Part shown: in pieces, positions 27,806-36,591 of the stretch | Numbering within the stretch: position 1 is the first letter of the stretch | How the letters are laid out: each line of letters begins with the position of its first letter | NCBI GenBank assembly: GCA_017609285.1 | Contig: JAFCEE010000003.1 | Location: forward strand, 75,529 to 139,528 | DNA: 64,000 nucleotides | Direction: 5' to 3' | Origin: Candidatus Pacearchaeota archaeon | GTDB lineage: Archaea > Nanobdellota > Nanobdellia > Pacearchaeales > GW2011-AR1 | Position numbers and translations under genes: made by a program | The notes under the pieces: model-generated | What the model saw: only the letters and a program-made list of their open reading frames with translations | Told to the model about the DNA's origin: nothing | The model's database searches: none

Positions 27806-28774
27806 TTAAAACAAATAAGAGGGTTTTTTCGGAAGAAAATTTGAGTTTTTTTCCATACTGATAATTAGAGTATTCTCGATTGATTTAATATACTCTTGAA
27901 AATTACTTCTAATAGAATTCAAACAATCTCGCAATTCTTCGGGACTTCTTACTAAAATATCAAAATTAACGATATTTGAGATTCCGGGTGTTATAAAAGT
28001 TACACTTGAGCAATTTTTAAGATATTCAATAAATTTTTTGTCTTTATATTTTTTTGTTTCAACCAAAACACTGTTCCAAATAAAACCAAGCTTGCCAAAG
28101 TTGATAATTGGGCTAAATCCGATTATTACCTTCTTGTTAAGAAGATTTTTAATATGGTCTTTAGCGGTAGGAATACTTATTTTGACTTCTTCTGCGACAT
28201 CTAATATATTAATTCTACAATCTCTAGACAAAATCTTAAGTATTTTAAAATCAATTAATGAAATGTGATTCTTAGAACCTTCACCAGAGATAAAACAAGG
28301 GAAATCCTTTTTATCCTGGAAAATATTTTTTAAAGGAAGGCTGTAATTTTTAAGATTATGTAAAAGTAAACTTTCGATTATCCTTCCTTTTAGGATACAA
28401 AAAATTTTCTCTATAACTTGATTTAATTCAGAGAAATCTTCATAAAAAAGAGTAATAATCAAATCCCATTTGCCACAGCATCTCGCAAGCCACCCAATAT
28501 TTTTTATACGACATAGTTGATTAACTTTATTTTCAAGGTTTTGTTGGTCTAATTTTAGTTTTAAGAAAAAAGTTGAACATTCAAAGCCTATTTTGTGATA
28601 ATCTATGACTGCCCAAAATCCCATAAGAATTTTTTTCTTCATAAGGTTATGAATTCTTTTGCTAACTAATTGTTTTGATGTTCCTAATTTTTTAGCAATT
28701 CTAGAATAAGTTTGCCTAGCATTTAATATTAGCTCGTATAAAATATTTTTATCTATTAAATCCAGTTCGAACAT
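27806..28774 (-). CDS. tandem-duplicated Lrp/AsnC-type transcriptional regulator
   Basis: Two HTH modules, LDLIDKNILYELILNARQTYSRIAKKLGTSKQLVSKRIHNLMKKKIL and SLIDFKILKILSRDCRINILDVAEEVKISIPTAKDHIKNLLNKKVI. Each is followed by an effector-like domain. The gene is divergent from queD. Confidence 0.7.
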   Translation of the reverse strand: MFELDLIDKNILYELILNARQTYSRIAKKLGTSKQLVSKRIHNLMKKKILMGFWAVIDYHKIGFECSTFFLKLKLDQQNLENKVNQLCRIKNIGWLARCCGKWDLIITLFYEDFSELNQVIEKIFCILKGRIIESLLLHNLKNYSLPLKNIFQDKKDFPCFISGEGSKNHISLIDFKILKILSRDCRINILDVAEEVKISIPTAKDHIKNLLNKKVIIGFSPIINFGKLGFIWNSVLVETKKYKDKKFIEYLKNCSSVTFITPGISNIVNFDILVRSPEELRDCLNSIRSNFQEYIKSIENTLIISMEKNSNFLPKKPSYLF

Positions 28775-28796
28775 TAGTTTACAGAAGTAAATATCC

Positions 28797-28829
28797 TTTA
28801 TAAATTTTTTTTATTTGTCAATTTATAAA
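28797..28829. promoter_or_regulatory. bidirectional promoter with inverted TATA-like repeat between the regulator and queD
   Basis: TTTATAAATT (28797-28806) and its exact reverse complement AATTTATAAA (28820-28829) are 13 nt apart. The palindromic TTTATAAA cores lie ~23-30 nt from the regulator ATG (28774) and ~33-40 nt from the queD start. Confidence 0.5.
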
Positions 28830-28861
28830 ATGAAAAGTTTAATATAGAGTAATGAAGTTTA

Positions 28862-29227
28862 TTGAATATGATTATAGGCAGAGAATTTATATTTGACTCC
28901 GCCCATAAATTAGATTGGCATAAAGGTGACTGTAAAAATCTACATGGGCATACATATAAACTCCAAATTTTGATTAAAGGAAAAATTTCTTCTGACGGGA
29001 TTATTATAGATTTTGGAGATTTGGATAAAATTGTAAAGGGGGAGATACTATCAAAATTAGATCATCAACTGCTAAATGATATAATAGAAAACCCAACAGC
29101 AGAAAAGATCTCAATTTGGATTTGGGAAAAATTAAGTAAGAAAGTAAAAGGATTATATGAAGTTAGAGTATGGGAAACACCCAAATCTTTTGCTATTTAT
29201 AGAGGTGAAGACAATGAAGATAAATGA
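28862..29227 (+). CDS. queD: 6-carboxy-5,6,7,8-tetrahydropterin synthase (QueD/PTPS family)
   Basis: REFIFDSAHKLDWHKGDCKNLHGHTYKLQILIKG...LDHQLLND; 121 aa. TTG 28862 or ATG 28868 are both possible starts. Confidence 0.85.
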   Translation: MNMIIGREFIFDSAHKLDWHKGDCKNLHGHTYKLQILIKGKISSDGIIIDFGDLDKIVKGEILSKLDHQLLNDIIENPTAEKISIWIWEKLSKKVKGLYEVRVWETPKSFAIYRGEDNEDK

Positions 29228-29843
29228 GATATTTTTAAGTATTCAGGGAGAAGGGATATTAAGTGGATTGCCAACAATATTTGTCCGAACAACAGGATGC
29301 AATTTAAGGTGTGTTTGGTGTGACACGAAATTTTCTCGTAGTAAAGGGCAAGAAAAATCTGTCGGGGAGGTTCTCAAACAGATCAAAAGATTAAAGTTCA
29401 AAAGAGTCTGTCTAACAGGGGGTGAACCACTAATACAAGAAGAACTTCCTTTACTGATTGAACAGCTATTAAAAAGAAAGTATCAATTATCTATTGAAAC
29501 AAATGGTTCTAAAGACATTTCAATGTTGCCCAAAGAGGTAGTAATTTCTCTAGATATTAAATGCCCTTCTTCAAATGAGAGTCAGAATATTCTTTTTACG
29601 AATCTAAATTTTTTATCAAAAAAAGACCAATGTAAATTTGTAATTAGAAATAAAAAAGATTATGAATATGCAAAAAGAATCATTAGAGAGTATAATTTAA
29701 ACAAAAAAACTAACGTTATACTTACCCCTGTAGGAGGAATAAAGGCTGAAAAAATTGTTGAGAGAATTTTAAGAGATAAACTGGATGTAAGAATAGGCTT
29801 ACAGTTACATAAAATTATATGGGGGAGAAAGAGGGGTGTGTAA
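29214..29843 (+). CDS. queE: 7-carboxy-7-deazaguanine synthase (radical SAM QueE)
   Basis: MKINEIFLSIQGEGILSGLPTIFVRTTGCNLRCVWCDTKF...VCLTGGEPL. Overlaps queD by 14 nt. The ORF track extends to 29157. Confidence 0.85.
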   Translation: MKINEIFLSIQGEGILSGLPTIFVRTTGCNLRCVWCDTKFSRSKGQEKSVGEVLKQIKRLKFKRVCLTGGEPLIQEELPLLIEQLLKRKYQLSIETNGSKDISMLPKEVVISLDIKCPSSNESQNILFTNLNFLSKKDQCKFVIRNKKDYEYAKRIIREYNLNKKTNVILTPVGGIKAEKIVERILRDKLDVRIGLQLHKIIWGRKRGV

Positions 29844-29844
29844 A

Positions 29845-30636
29845 ATGAAAGATGTGCAAAAAATGAAAGATAATCGGAACTTACAAATTGATAGGGTGGG
29901 GATAAAAGATTTTAGATTTCCTATAAAGATAATGGGAAAAGTTAAGGAACAATCTACAATAGCAAAAATAAATATGTATGTAACCTTACCACATTATTTC
30001 AAAGGCACACACATGAGTAGATTTGTGGAAGTTTTAAGTAAATATCAAAATAAAAAAATAGATCTAAAAATTTTGGATAATGTTATTGAAGAAATAAATA
30101 AAAAATTGAAATCAAGATTTGCTGAGATAACTTTGGGATTCCCTTACTTTGTTGAAAAAATCTCGCCGATATCTAAGAAAAAAAGCCTTCTGTGTTATGA
30201 ATGTAAATTTATTTGTTCTGGAAATAAAAAAAAAGAAAGAGTATTGGAAGTTAATGTACCAGTAACTACACTATGTCCTTGTAGTAAGGAGATAAGTAGG
30301 AATAATGCACATAATCAAAGGGGATTTGTAAGAGTGAGAATAAGTTCGTCTGAGCCACTATTTATTGAAGATATAATCCGAATTGTAGAAGATGAAGCTA
30401 GCTGTGAAATATTTTCATTATTAAAAAGAGAAGATGAAAAATATGTTACCGAAAGAGCATACAATAATCCTAAATTCGTAGAAGATATGACCAGGGCCGT
30501 AGTAAAAAGATTAAAGGAGGATAAAAGAATTAATTGGTTTAGTGTAGGGACTGAAAATGAAGAGAGTATTCATAACCACAATGTCTTTGCATACATAGAA
30601 GGAGGTAAAAAAACAAAATGTATGTTCTTGGATTAA
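29845..30636 (+). CDS. folE2: GTP cyclohydrolase FolE2/MptA family (GCYH-IB type)
   Basis: DVQKMKDNRNLQIDRVGIKDFRFPIKI...YVTLPHYFKGTHMSRFVE...TLCPCSKEISRNNAHNQRG. The ATG lies 2 nt after the queE stop. Confidence 0.8.
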   Translation: MKDVQKMKDNRNLQIDRVGIKDFRFPIKIMGKVKEQSTIAKINMYVTLPHYFKGTHMSRFVEVLSKYQNKKIDLKILDNVIEEINKKLKSRFAEITLGFPYFVEKISPISKKKSLLCYECKFICSGNKKKERVLEVNVPVTTLCPCSKEISRNNAHNQRGFVRVRISSSEPLFIEDIIRIVEDEASCEIFSLLKREDEKYVTERAYNNPKFVEDMTRAVVKRLKEDKRINWFSVGTENEESIHNHNVFAYIEGGKKTKCMFLD

Positions 30637-32294
30637 ATGGGTTTGGTAAGAGAACACATGATGCTTCTGCATGTATTTTTAAGGATGGTATTTTAATAGC
30701 TTTTGCTGAAGAAGAAAGATTCACAAGGAAAAAACATGCATATGATTCTTTTCCATATAATTCAATTAAGTTTTGTCTTCAAGAAGCAAAAATAACTGAA
30801 AAAGAGATAGATATAGTAGCTCTATCCTGGGATTATAAGAAACTTTATCAGATAGCAAATAAACCTTTCTATAATAAAAAAGAAGTGATTGAATTATTAT
30901 TTCCAAAAAAATATTTTCAAGAAATAAATCCTAAAATCGTATTTGTTAACCACCATTTATCTCATGCATCTTCAGCCTATAGGTGTTCTGGGTTTAAAGA
31001 TGCTGCAATTCTTGTTGTAGATGGACAGGGAGAAGATGTCTCAACAACATTATGGAAAGCAAAAGATGGGAAAATTTCCTTGCTCAAAAAATTTCCTGTA
31101 AAAGATTCTATAGGGTATTTCTATGAAGCCGCAACCTCTTTTTTGGGCTTTAAAATTGACGATGCTGGAAAAACTATGGGATTGACATCATATGGAAGAT
31201 CAAACGAAAATTTTAGAGATATAATAAAACTATCTAGTGACGGGTACTCTTTTAAAATAAAACAAAAAAAAGGGGATGGGTTAGACAAACAGGAAGAAAT
31301 AATTGGAGAATGGATGAAATATTTTGAAAAAAAAATAGGAACAAGAAATAAACCTAAAACAAGTTTTGATTTTAAAAATGCAGGGATAAGACAGGATTTA
31401 GAATTTAATAAAAAATACAAAGATTTTTCTGCATCTGTTCAAGAAATAGTAAATAAGTTAATGGTCCATTTATCTAAAATTGCTTTGAAGTTAGCAGAAT
31501 CAGACAATTTATGTATTTCTGGGGGGGTTGGATTAAATTGTGTAGCTAATGGAAAAATATTAGAAAGTAAAATATGTAAAAAATTTTTTGTTCAGCCCAT
31601 ATGTAATGATGCGGGAACAAGTATTGGGGCAGCAATGCAAGTTCTTTCTGATATAGGGATAAATCCAGAATTTGAGATGAAACATGTCTACTTTGGTCCA
31701 GAGTTTAGTAATGATACAATCAAAAAAATTTTGGATGAAAGAAAATTAAGATATAATTTCATCCAAAATCCTGCTGAAGTTGCCGCAAAATTAATTGCCG
31801 AAGGTAAAATAGTTGGATGGTTCCAAGGAAAAATGGAGGGTGGGCCAAGGGCATTAGGAAATAGAAGTATTTTAGCAAATCCTACTATTCCTAAGATGAA
31901 AGATCTTGTGAATATTGTAAAATCTAGAGAGTTGTGGAGGCCTTTATGTCCTAGTATAATAGAAGATTCAAAAGAAGAATATCTAGAGAACCCCGCGAGA
32001 TCGAGATTTATGATTTTAAACTTTAAAGTCAGGAAGGATAAATTGGATAAGATTTCCTCAGTAGTGCATATAGATGGTACTGCCAGGGTTCAAACAATTG
32101 AAAAAGAGATAAACCCACTATATTGGGAATTAATAAATAAAGTAGGGGAGTTGTCGGGGGAGCCGGTTGTATTAAATACTTCTTTAAATGGGAAGGGGGA
32201 ACCAATTGCCTGCAGTCCGAAAGACGCCCTAAATAATTTTTTTTCTTCCGCAATGGATGTTTTGATAATAGGGAATTACATTATCGAAAAATGA
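30618..32294 (+). CDS. carbamoyltransferase (NodU/CmcH/TobZ family)
   Basis: MYVLGLNGFGKRTHDASACIFKDGILIAFAEEERFTRKKH...VNHHLSHASSAY...ISGGVGLNCVANG...GPRALGNRSILANP...VHIDGTARVQT. Overlaps folE2 by 19 nt. Confidence 0.85.
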   Translation: MYVLGLNGFGKRTHDASACIFKDGILIAFAEEERFTRKKHAYDSFPYNSIKFCLQEAKITEKEIDIVALSWDYKKLYQIANKPFYNKKEVIELLFPKKYFQEINPKIVFVNHHLSHASSAYRCSGFKDAAILVVDGQGEDVSTTLWKAKDGKISLLKKFPVKDSIGYFYEAATSFLGFKIDDAGKTMGLTSYGRSNENFRDIIKLSSDGYSFKIKQKKGDGLDKQEEIIGEWMKYFEKKIGTRNKPKTSFDFKNAGIRQDLEFNKKYKDFSASVQEIVNKLMVHLSKIALKLAESDNLCISGGVGLNCVANGKILESKICKKFFVQPICNDAGTSIGAAMQVLSDIGINPEFEMKHVYFGPEFSNDTIKKILDERKLRYNFIQNPAEVAAKLIAEGKIVGWFQGKMEGGPRALGNRSILANPTIPKMKDLVNIVKSRELWRPLCPSIIEDSKEEYLENPARSRFMILNFKVRKDKLDKISSVVHIDGTARVQTIEKEINPLYWELINKVGELSGEPVVLNTSLNGKGEPIACSPKDALNNFFSSAMDVLIIGNYIIEK

Positions 32295-33409
32295 ACCTTA
32301 AAAAAATAAAAGAAAAAAATAAAAAGGATGTCTTAGAATCGGAGAAGAAGAGAGAGGCCATAAATAGAGGTTTTCCATTAAGGATTAATATCTCAACAAC
32401 CAATAGATGTAACTTAAACTGTGTTATGTGTAAATACCACGGACAGACCAAGATTCGAAGAGAGGATCTTCCACTTAAAAAATTTAGAGAGATTGCAGAA
32501 GAATTTTTTCCATATTGTGAGGAAGTACATCCAGTAATCGATGGGGAGCCTTTTTTATCTCCTTATTTTTATGAAATTGTTAGTTTATCTAAGAAATACC
32601 AAGTGAGATTAAATATAGCTACAAATGGGATGTTATTAAACGATAAGATATCGAAATCTATATTGCCTATTCTAAGGGATATAAAATTTTCATTCGATGG
32701 TGCAAGAAAAAAAAGCTTAGAAAGTATTAGGAGGGGGGTTAAATATAAAATTCTAATAGAGAAAATAGAAAACTTTGTGAAGCTGAGAAATAAATATGTA
32801 AAAGAAAATAAAAAAGATTTAGTTTATCCCACTATAACTCTCCAAACTGTTTTAATGAACAGAAACATAAAAGAGCTCCCCCAGATAGTTAGATTAGGAA
32901 AGAAAATGGGGATCGATAGGGTTAAGGGTTTAAATCTGGTAGTAACTAATATAAGATGCCTCAAAGAATCTACTCTAATAAACAAAAAGCAAGCTAATAA
33001 ATATCTAAAAAAAGCAAAAGAATTGGCGAAGAGATATGGATTAATAGAGGATTATCCAAGTTTATTTGATTTGAAAATAAATCTCAAAGAAGGGGATAAG
33101 AATTTTAGAGAAAGATTAAATCCTCCACGATGTTGCGATTTTTTATGGAGGCAGATCTGTATTGAACCAAATGGGAATGTTAGAGCATGTTGTCATATAA
33201 ACAGCCCTGTGATGGGGAATATTTTTAAACAAAAAGTAAGTGAAATATGGAACAACCAAAAATACCAGGATATGAGGAAAAGATTAGATTCCGAAGAACC
33301 ATATATCTGTTGTAAACACTGTCCTATGATGTCAGAAAATGTGGTAGATTTTAAGGCATATATCAATTTACCTCAAAAACAAATAAGAAAATTTAAGTTT
33401 TTGATATAA
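32291..33409 (+). CDS. radical SAM enzyme with C-terminal SPASM/twitch-type Cys-rich domain
   Basis: INISTTNRCNLNCVMCKY (CxxxCxxC). The C-terminus has CCDFLWRQICIEPNGNVRACCH...PYICCKHCPM. ATGA overlap with the carbamoyltransferase gene. Confidence 0.8.
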   Translation: MNLKKIKEKNKKDVLESEKKREAINRGFPLRINISTTNRCNLNCVMCKYHGQTKIRREDLPLKKFREIAEEFFPYCEEVHPVIDGEPFLSPYFYEIVSLSKKYQVRLNIATNGMLLNDKISKSILPILRDIKFSFDGARKKSLESIRRGVKYKILIEKIENFVKLRNKYVKENKKDLVYPTITLQTVLMNRNIKELPQIVRLGKKMGIDRVKGLNLVVTNIRCLKESTLINKKQANKYLKKAKELAKRYGLIEDYPSLFDLKINLKEGDKNFRERLNPPRCCDFLWRQICIEPNGNVRACCHINSPVMGNIFKQKVSEIWNNQKYQDMRKRLDSEEPYICCKHCPMMSENVVDFKAYINLPQKQIRKFKFLI

Positions 33410-34046
33410 CATAAATTCCTTTCTTCCTTTTACATTTTGGACAAATAATGTTTATTATTTTCTTTTTTTTGAGATTATTTTTTTTCAAATATTTGTAAAA
33501 TTTTGATAAGTCATAGTTATAATTTTCATCTCTTAAATTTATTTCAAAAACTGCAATTCCTGTTGATTTCAAAATATAGTAAATATTTTTTAAAAAGGGG
33601 CCAAGATTTAGATAATAAATTGTTTCGTTACATAATATTATATCAAAAAAATGATTTTGGAATGGAGGTTTTTTATTAGCATCCCAAGTAATAAATTTTC
33701 CAAATCCTATGTTTTTTCTTGCTTCTTTTAGAGCATTCTTACTTATGTCTATAAAATAAAAATTTCCTCCGGATGAAAATTCTTGGATTATTTTTTTATC
33801 CTTTAATCCATTCCCCACACCAATATCCAAAACATTAAATTTTTCCATCCCGGTGTTTTCTTTTATAATTTTTTTAATCTCATTTATACTCTTGATCTCC
33901 CATCTATTTAGTTTTTTATGCATCCAGGGATCTTTTGATATCTTAAATAGTTTTTCAAAATCTTTTTTATGTTTTAGTGGCCCAGAAAATTTTTCAAAAT
34001 CTACTTTAGGGTTGTTGCACATACCACAGATATAATATTTATTCAT
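33393..34046 (-). CDS. class I SAM-dependent methyltransferase flanked by zinc-ribbon-like CxxC pairs
   Basis: FNVLDIGVGNGL (motif I), FDIILCNETIYY, N-terminal CGMC and C-terminal CPKCKRK. Its 3' end overlaps the convergent radical SAM gene by 17 nt. Confidence 0.7.
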   Translation of the reverse strand: MNKYYICGMCNNPKVDFEKFSGPLKHKKDFEKLFKISKDPWMHKKLNRWEIKSINEIKKIIKENTGMEKFNVLDIGVGNGLKDKKIIQEFSSGGNFYFIDISKNALKEARKNIGFGKFITWDANKKPPFQNHFFDIILCNETIYYLNLGPFLKNIYYILKSTGIAVFEINLRDENYNYDLSKFYKYLKKNNLKKKKIINIICPKCKRKKGIYVISKT

Positions 34047-35247
34047 GTTGTTTTTTATAAAATTCTAAGTTTTTTTCTATTCTTTGTTTAGAAATTTTTA
34101 TTTTATTTAATTGTTTCTTTCTATCTCTAATTTTTTTCTTAAAAAAAGTTTTTTTCTGATTATAAAAATCTAGAATTTCTTTTGGTAACATAGACTTATA
34201 TTTTGATAATGCTATTAAAAAATCAACTTTTCTTATATTATCCCATTCATTAAAGTTGGGGAGATAGTAGTCTCTTATTATTCTTCCTTCATCCTTTAGA
34301 GGCTCCTTTAAAAATTTATTATCTTCTACACCCGCAACTATCCCATTTATTCTACGATAATAGCAACTGGAACACTCGCCACAATTATTTCCGGTATAAC
34401 AGGTCATAGTGTCTTTAACGGAAATACCAAATTTCTTTTTCCATTTCTTTTCCCAGTAATATAAGATTTCAGATTTATTGAAATTATAAAAGGGAGTTGT
34501 TACTCTTATCTTCCTTCCTGTAAAAGAGGAGAAAAGATTTGATATATCCTTATAAAATTTCGGGCTTTTATCATTGTGCTGTTCAGTTATTTCTCCTCTG
34601 GCGGCACAAAGATATACATCTACCTTTTCTTTTTTTGTATTAGAAATAAAAAGTTCAGCAAAGGACAGCAACATAAAATTTCTCGCAGGAATTATCCCAA
34701 ATTTCCAAACATCCCATCCTTTGTCAATATATTTCTTTAAATTAATTTTAACTTTTAATATGTCTATATTAAGCTTTTTTTTGAGATTATTAATTACTGT
34801 CTTTTCGGCAGCTATATTTTTCTGACCAAAATCTATCCACATGGGTAAAACTTTGATTTTATTATCCAAACAGTAAAGCAAGGCAGCTACACTGTCTATC
34901 CCGCCACTGAGCATTAAAATAACATCAAAATCAGAATCCTGTAAGATTTTCTTACCCAATTGTCTTTTTAAAGGAGAGTATTTTATCCTAATATCAAAAT
35001 TTTTTGAAACAGCTTTCTTAAAATTTAAATTAAGATCAGCAAATTCTTTAATATTGATTAGCTTAGATATGTCTTTATCATAAACATTAATGTAATTTTC
35101 AAATTTATATCCGGCTAAAACTAAGAGGATAGAAGTTTTTGTAATAGAATCTAGTTTATTTACTTTATAATTAGTTTCTATTCCTATTTTTTTTGTGTTA
35201 AAAACTTCCTTTCCAACTTCTCCAAGAGTATCATTTATCTTATACAT
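34039..35247 (-). CDS. QueC-family PP-loop ATPase (7-cyano-7-deazaguanine synthase-like) with N- and C-terminal extensions
   Basis: Core VILMLSGGIDSVAALLYC...WIDFGQKN...IIPARNFMLLSFA...CYTGNNCGECSSCYYRR matches the QueC order SGGxDS / YGQ / PARN / C..C..C..R. It is 402 aa, against ~220-230 aa as I recall for typical QueC. Confidence 0.7.
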   Translation of the reverse strand: MYKINDTLGEVGKEVFNTKKIGIETNYKVNKLDSITKTSILLVLAGYKFENYINVYDKDISKLINIKEFADLNLNFKKAVSKNFDIRIKYSPLKRQLGKKILQDSDFDVILMLSGGIDSVAALLYCLDNKIKVLPMWIDFGQKNIAAEKTVINNLKKKLNIDILKVKINLKKYIDKGWDVWKFGIIPARNFMLLSFAELFISNTKKEKVDVYLCAARGEITEQHNDKSPKFYKDISNLFSSFTGRKIRVTTPFYNFNKSEILYYWEKKWKKKFGISVKDTMTCYTGNNCGECSSCYYRRINGIVAGVEDNKFLKEPLKDEGRIIRDYYLPNFNEWDNIRKVDFLIALSKYKSMLPKEILDFYNQKKTFFKKKIRDRKKQLNKIKISKQRIEKNLEFYKKQHE

Positions 35248-35812
35248 TTTCTAATATTTCTCTAACTTGCTTAACTATGTCTTGTTTATTACCATTATTA
35301 TAGATGATATATTTTTTAACCCTAGTTCCTGTCTTTCTAAAGTTTTCAAAAATTAAATTAAACTTATCAAAAGTTATATTTTTAATCGAGTCAATATTAT
35401 TTTTATACTCTTTACTTATTTTTTTGCTCTTTTTTATTCTGTTTAGTAAAATTTTTGTATCTGTATCTATTAGTATAAAAATAAATTTAATATCTTTTGA
35501 AACCATATTTTTTATCATATTTGGGGTTATTGCTTCTTCATAATTTTTAGAAAAATCTCTTCTAATGCCATGTAGAATGTCCTCCCCCATATCTTCTGAA
35601 GGGACAGCATAATGTAAGTCTAAAACAATCTTGTGGAATTTATATGCTTCGTTTTTAATAAATTTTCCGGTTTCAAGTTCGGTTTCAGGCCAAGGTTTAT
35701 TAATTTTATTTATTATATTATAAAGTTTATATTTCTTTATGCTTTTGATATTTCTTAATATTAAACTCTTTCCTACACCCCTAACTCCCCCCAAAAAGAT
35801 TATTGTGCTCAT
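35240..35812 (-). CDS. P-loop NTPase / small-molecule kinase-like protein
   Basis: MSTIIFLGGVRGVGKSLILRNI (Walker A at the extreme N-terminus); 190 aa, the size of a nucleoside- or sugar-kinase-like fold. Overlaps its neighbours by 8 and 4 nt. Confidence 0.55.
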   Translation of the reverse strand: MSTIIFLGGVRGVGKSLILRNIKSIKKYKLYNIINKINKPWPETELETGKFIKNEAYKFHKIVLDLHYAVPSEDMGEDILHGIRRDFSKNYEEAITPNMIKNMVSKDIKFIFILIDTDTKILLNRIKKSKKISKEYKNNIDSIKNITFDKFNLIFENFRKTGTRVKKYIIYNNGNKQDIVKQVREILENV

Positions 35813-36591
35813 TTTTGTTTTATTGATTTATAACCTAAGAAGAAGAATAAATACCAAATGCTAAGATATATCCCTACAATTAATCCTTTCCTTCTGGTTC
35901 CTTCAATCAAGTATTTTAAAAATCCTCTCAAAAAATTAGGGTTTTTTTCTTTTTTTTGGAATAGGTGTTTTTGTTTTCTACCAGAACCATAGTTAAATGC
36001 ACTCCTCAGATCATCTTTAATATTTAGAGGTGCATGGATAATTTTTGCATTGGGGAGATACCCCCACGAAATCTTCTCCCTTTCAATTCTATCAGCCATT
36101 TCTGCATCGGCTGCATGGTCTATTTCTGTATTGAACAACCCTATTTTTTCAAAAACTTTTTTTTTGAAGATAACTCCAGGGATATATAGATTTGGGAAAT
36201 CAGAAGTTGTAAACTCTCTTGCTTTAGCTATTATTTTAGAAATTAATGAGTCAAAAGAAAAGATGACTTTTCCTTTTACTATATCATATTTTTTTGTTTT
36301 TTTATATAATTTAAACAAAGTATGTTTTTCAAAGATGCAATCTGCGTCCATAAAAAAAATAAGATTATACGAAGAATTCCTTATCCCTAAATTATAGAAT
36401 CTCGAAAAAGAAAATTTTTTCATTTTAAGAATTTTTATTTTTCTTTTTTTTAATTCACTTTCTATTTTCTTATCATATTCCCCATTTAAAACAACTATAA
36501 TTTCTAAGTTAGCATCTATAGAATCTATACAATCGAGTACCCTAAAGTCATCACAAACGGGAATTATTACACTTATAGGGAGTCTGACCAT
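35809..36591 (-). CDS. family 2 glycosyltransferase
   Basis: ISVIIPVCDD...IVVLNG...LIFFMDADCIFE (DxD-type) and a C-terminal hydrophobic helix. Confidence 0.75.
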   Translation of the reverse strand: MVRLPISVIIPVCDDFRVLDCIDSIDANLEIIVVLNGEYDKKIESELKKRKIKILKMKKFSFSRFYNLGIRNSSYNLIFFMDADCIFEKHTLFKLYKKTKKYDIVKGKVIFSFDSLISKIIAKAREFTTSDFPNLYIPGVIFKKKVFEKIGLFNTEIDHAADAEMADRIEREKISWGYLPNAKIIHAPLNIKDDLRSAFNYGSGRKQKHLFQKKEKNPNFLRGFLKYLIEGTRRKGLIVGIYLSIWYLFFFLGYKSIKQK

